NCBI GenBank assembly: GCA_000708835.1
Contig: DF237044.1
Span: 1 to 64,000 of the forward strand
Length of the DNA: 64,000 nucleotides
DNA from: Klebsormidium nitens
Taxonomy: Eukaryota > Plantae > Klebsormidiophyceae
Direction of reading: 5' to 3'
The first letter of the stretch is position 1; the number at the start of each line of letters is the position of its first letter. The position numbers were made by a program, and so were the translations under genes. Shown here in pieces: positions 63,201-64,000 of this stretch. The notes under the pieces are model-generated. The model ran no database searches and had not been told where the DNA came from. It saw only the letters and a program-made list of their open reading frames with translations.

Positions 63201-63290
63201 GGGGAGCAGCAGCTGATGAACCGGGCGGAGCAGAACTGGCAGCACTACAGGGAGGCGCATGGTCGGGGAGACAACCCGGAGGAAGCTTGA
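51243..63290 (+). CDS. Bacterial-type YHS-domain protein, 151 aa, 3 exons, second intron 10,872 nt
   Basis: Exons 51243-51371 (VALEGYSPVSIAHGKPTLG), 52092-52217 (GIKYRFASEDELREFQQDPKRYIPAFGGWCAW) and 63090-63290 (ELLFHADAEVNCLAIWNE...MNRAEQNW) are all phase 0. Joined, they follow the bacterial pattern GYDPVAYF...YxFxSxxNxxxFxxxPxKYxPxYGGxCA...LYLF...W...ADxNW, recalled from memory. Confidence 0.75.
62505..63150 (+). repeat. Acceptor echo array before the last YHS exon
   Basis: ctgcag|ctccccgactacggccactgcaagaaggcggaatccggcgcggagct is copied at 62525, 62670, 62788 and 62934; the true exon starts at 63090. Confidence 0.9.
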
Positions 63291-63545
63291 GAAGGGGGTT
63301 AAGAAAAGGTTAGGTGGCTTATAATCTAGGTGAGGCTACGGGCGGTGGGGCGGCTCGGGGAACGCAAGCGAAGAACGGATTCGGCAGCGCTACACAGAGG
63401 CGCACGGCAGGGGGGGTAACCCGGAGGAAGCTTAAGAAGGGGGGTTAGCGAGGGTTAGGTAGCGGTGAAATCTAGCTTAGCTTAGGGGCGGAGGGGCGGT
63501 ACATGTCCCAGGGAATGTAAACGAAGAACCGGGCGAACGGATTTG
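63240..63545 (+). repeat. 145-bp tandem duplication spanning the YHS stop codon
   Basis: 63240 onward encodes QHYREAHGRGDNPEEA* plus 3' UTR; this is repeated from 63385 as QRYTEAHGRGGNPEEA* with similar downstream sequence. Confidence 0.85.
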
Positions 63546-64000
63546 AGAAGCATGACCCCCCCATGGGGTGGGGGCGGGAAAAGGAACTATAATAGATTTG
63601 GGCTATATAACTGGCGCTGGGTACATAGGTCTTCGTGTAGCAAATATCAATTGAATAGGAACTTGAATGCTCGGTGGAACGCTATCATTCTTGATATCAC
63701 TCCGTCTTCTGGTTTGAACAAGGATAATGTCGCTCTCCATGGAGAATATATAAACCCCGGGTACCGAAGTCTGGCCGTCCGACGGAATCTTTAGTTAAGC
63801 GCAATCGCGACCTTCTTCTTCGTATGTTCTACCTGTTCTGCAAATGCTTCAAGCGGCACGTTGATGCGACAGACAAATGTCTTAGGAGCTCAGAAAGATT
63901 TGATGCCGTTTTCATGTCCATTCTGATTTTCACTTTATGGGTTTGTGTCTGTTCGTCCAAGAACAAGGAGGCAATGAAGTTGACCTGAACCTGGATGCAA

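Overview
Eukaryotic nuclear DNA with GT-AG introns, most consistent with an early-diverging streptophyte alga such as Klebsormidium. This is an inference from plant-type GAUT, plastid FtsH and class II DAHP synthase occurring alongside a centrosomal CEP95-like gene. Nine spliced genes were reconstructed by hand: an unknown protein (1105-6026, -), GAUT12-15-like galacturonosyltransferase (7434-15383, +), an SRPBCC protein (-), an ATD-less ionotropic glutamate-receptor-like channel (22051-26761, -), FtsH1/5 (29111-33108, +), CEP95-like (34359-39996, -), class II DAHP synthase (41297-48840, +), a coiled-coil hypothetical (-) and a bacterial-type YHS-domain protein with a 10.9-kb intron (51243-63290, +). 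Three non-autonomous TIR elements lie in intergenic spacers. The standout signal is 'splice-junction echoes'. In four unrelated genes, ten exon boundaries are flanked inside the intron by 2-4 tandem, degenerate copies of the junction itself (splice site plus 25-70 nt of exon). They are mostly spaced about 120-200 nt apart, usually decay with distance from the real exon, and often diverge at synonymous positions. All alignments were done by eye; no database searches were run.
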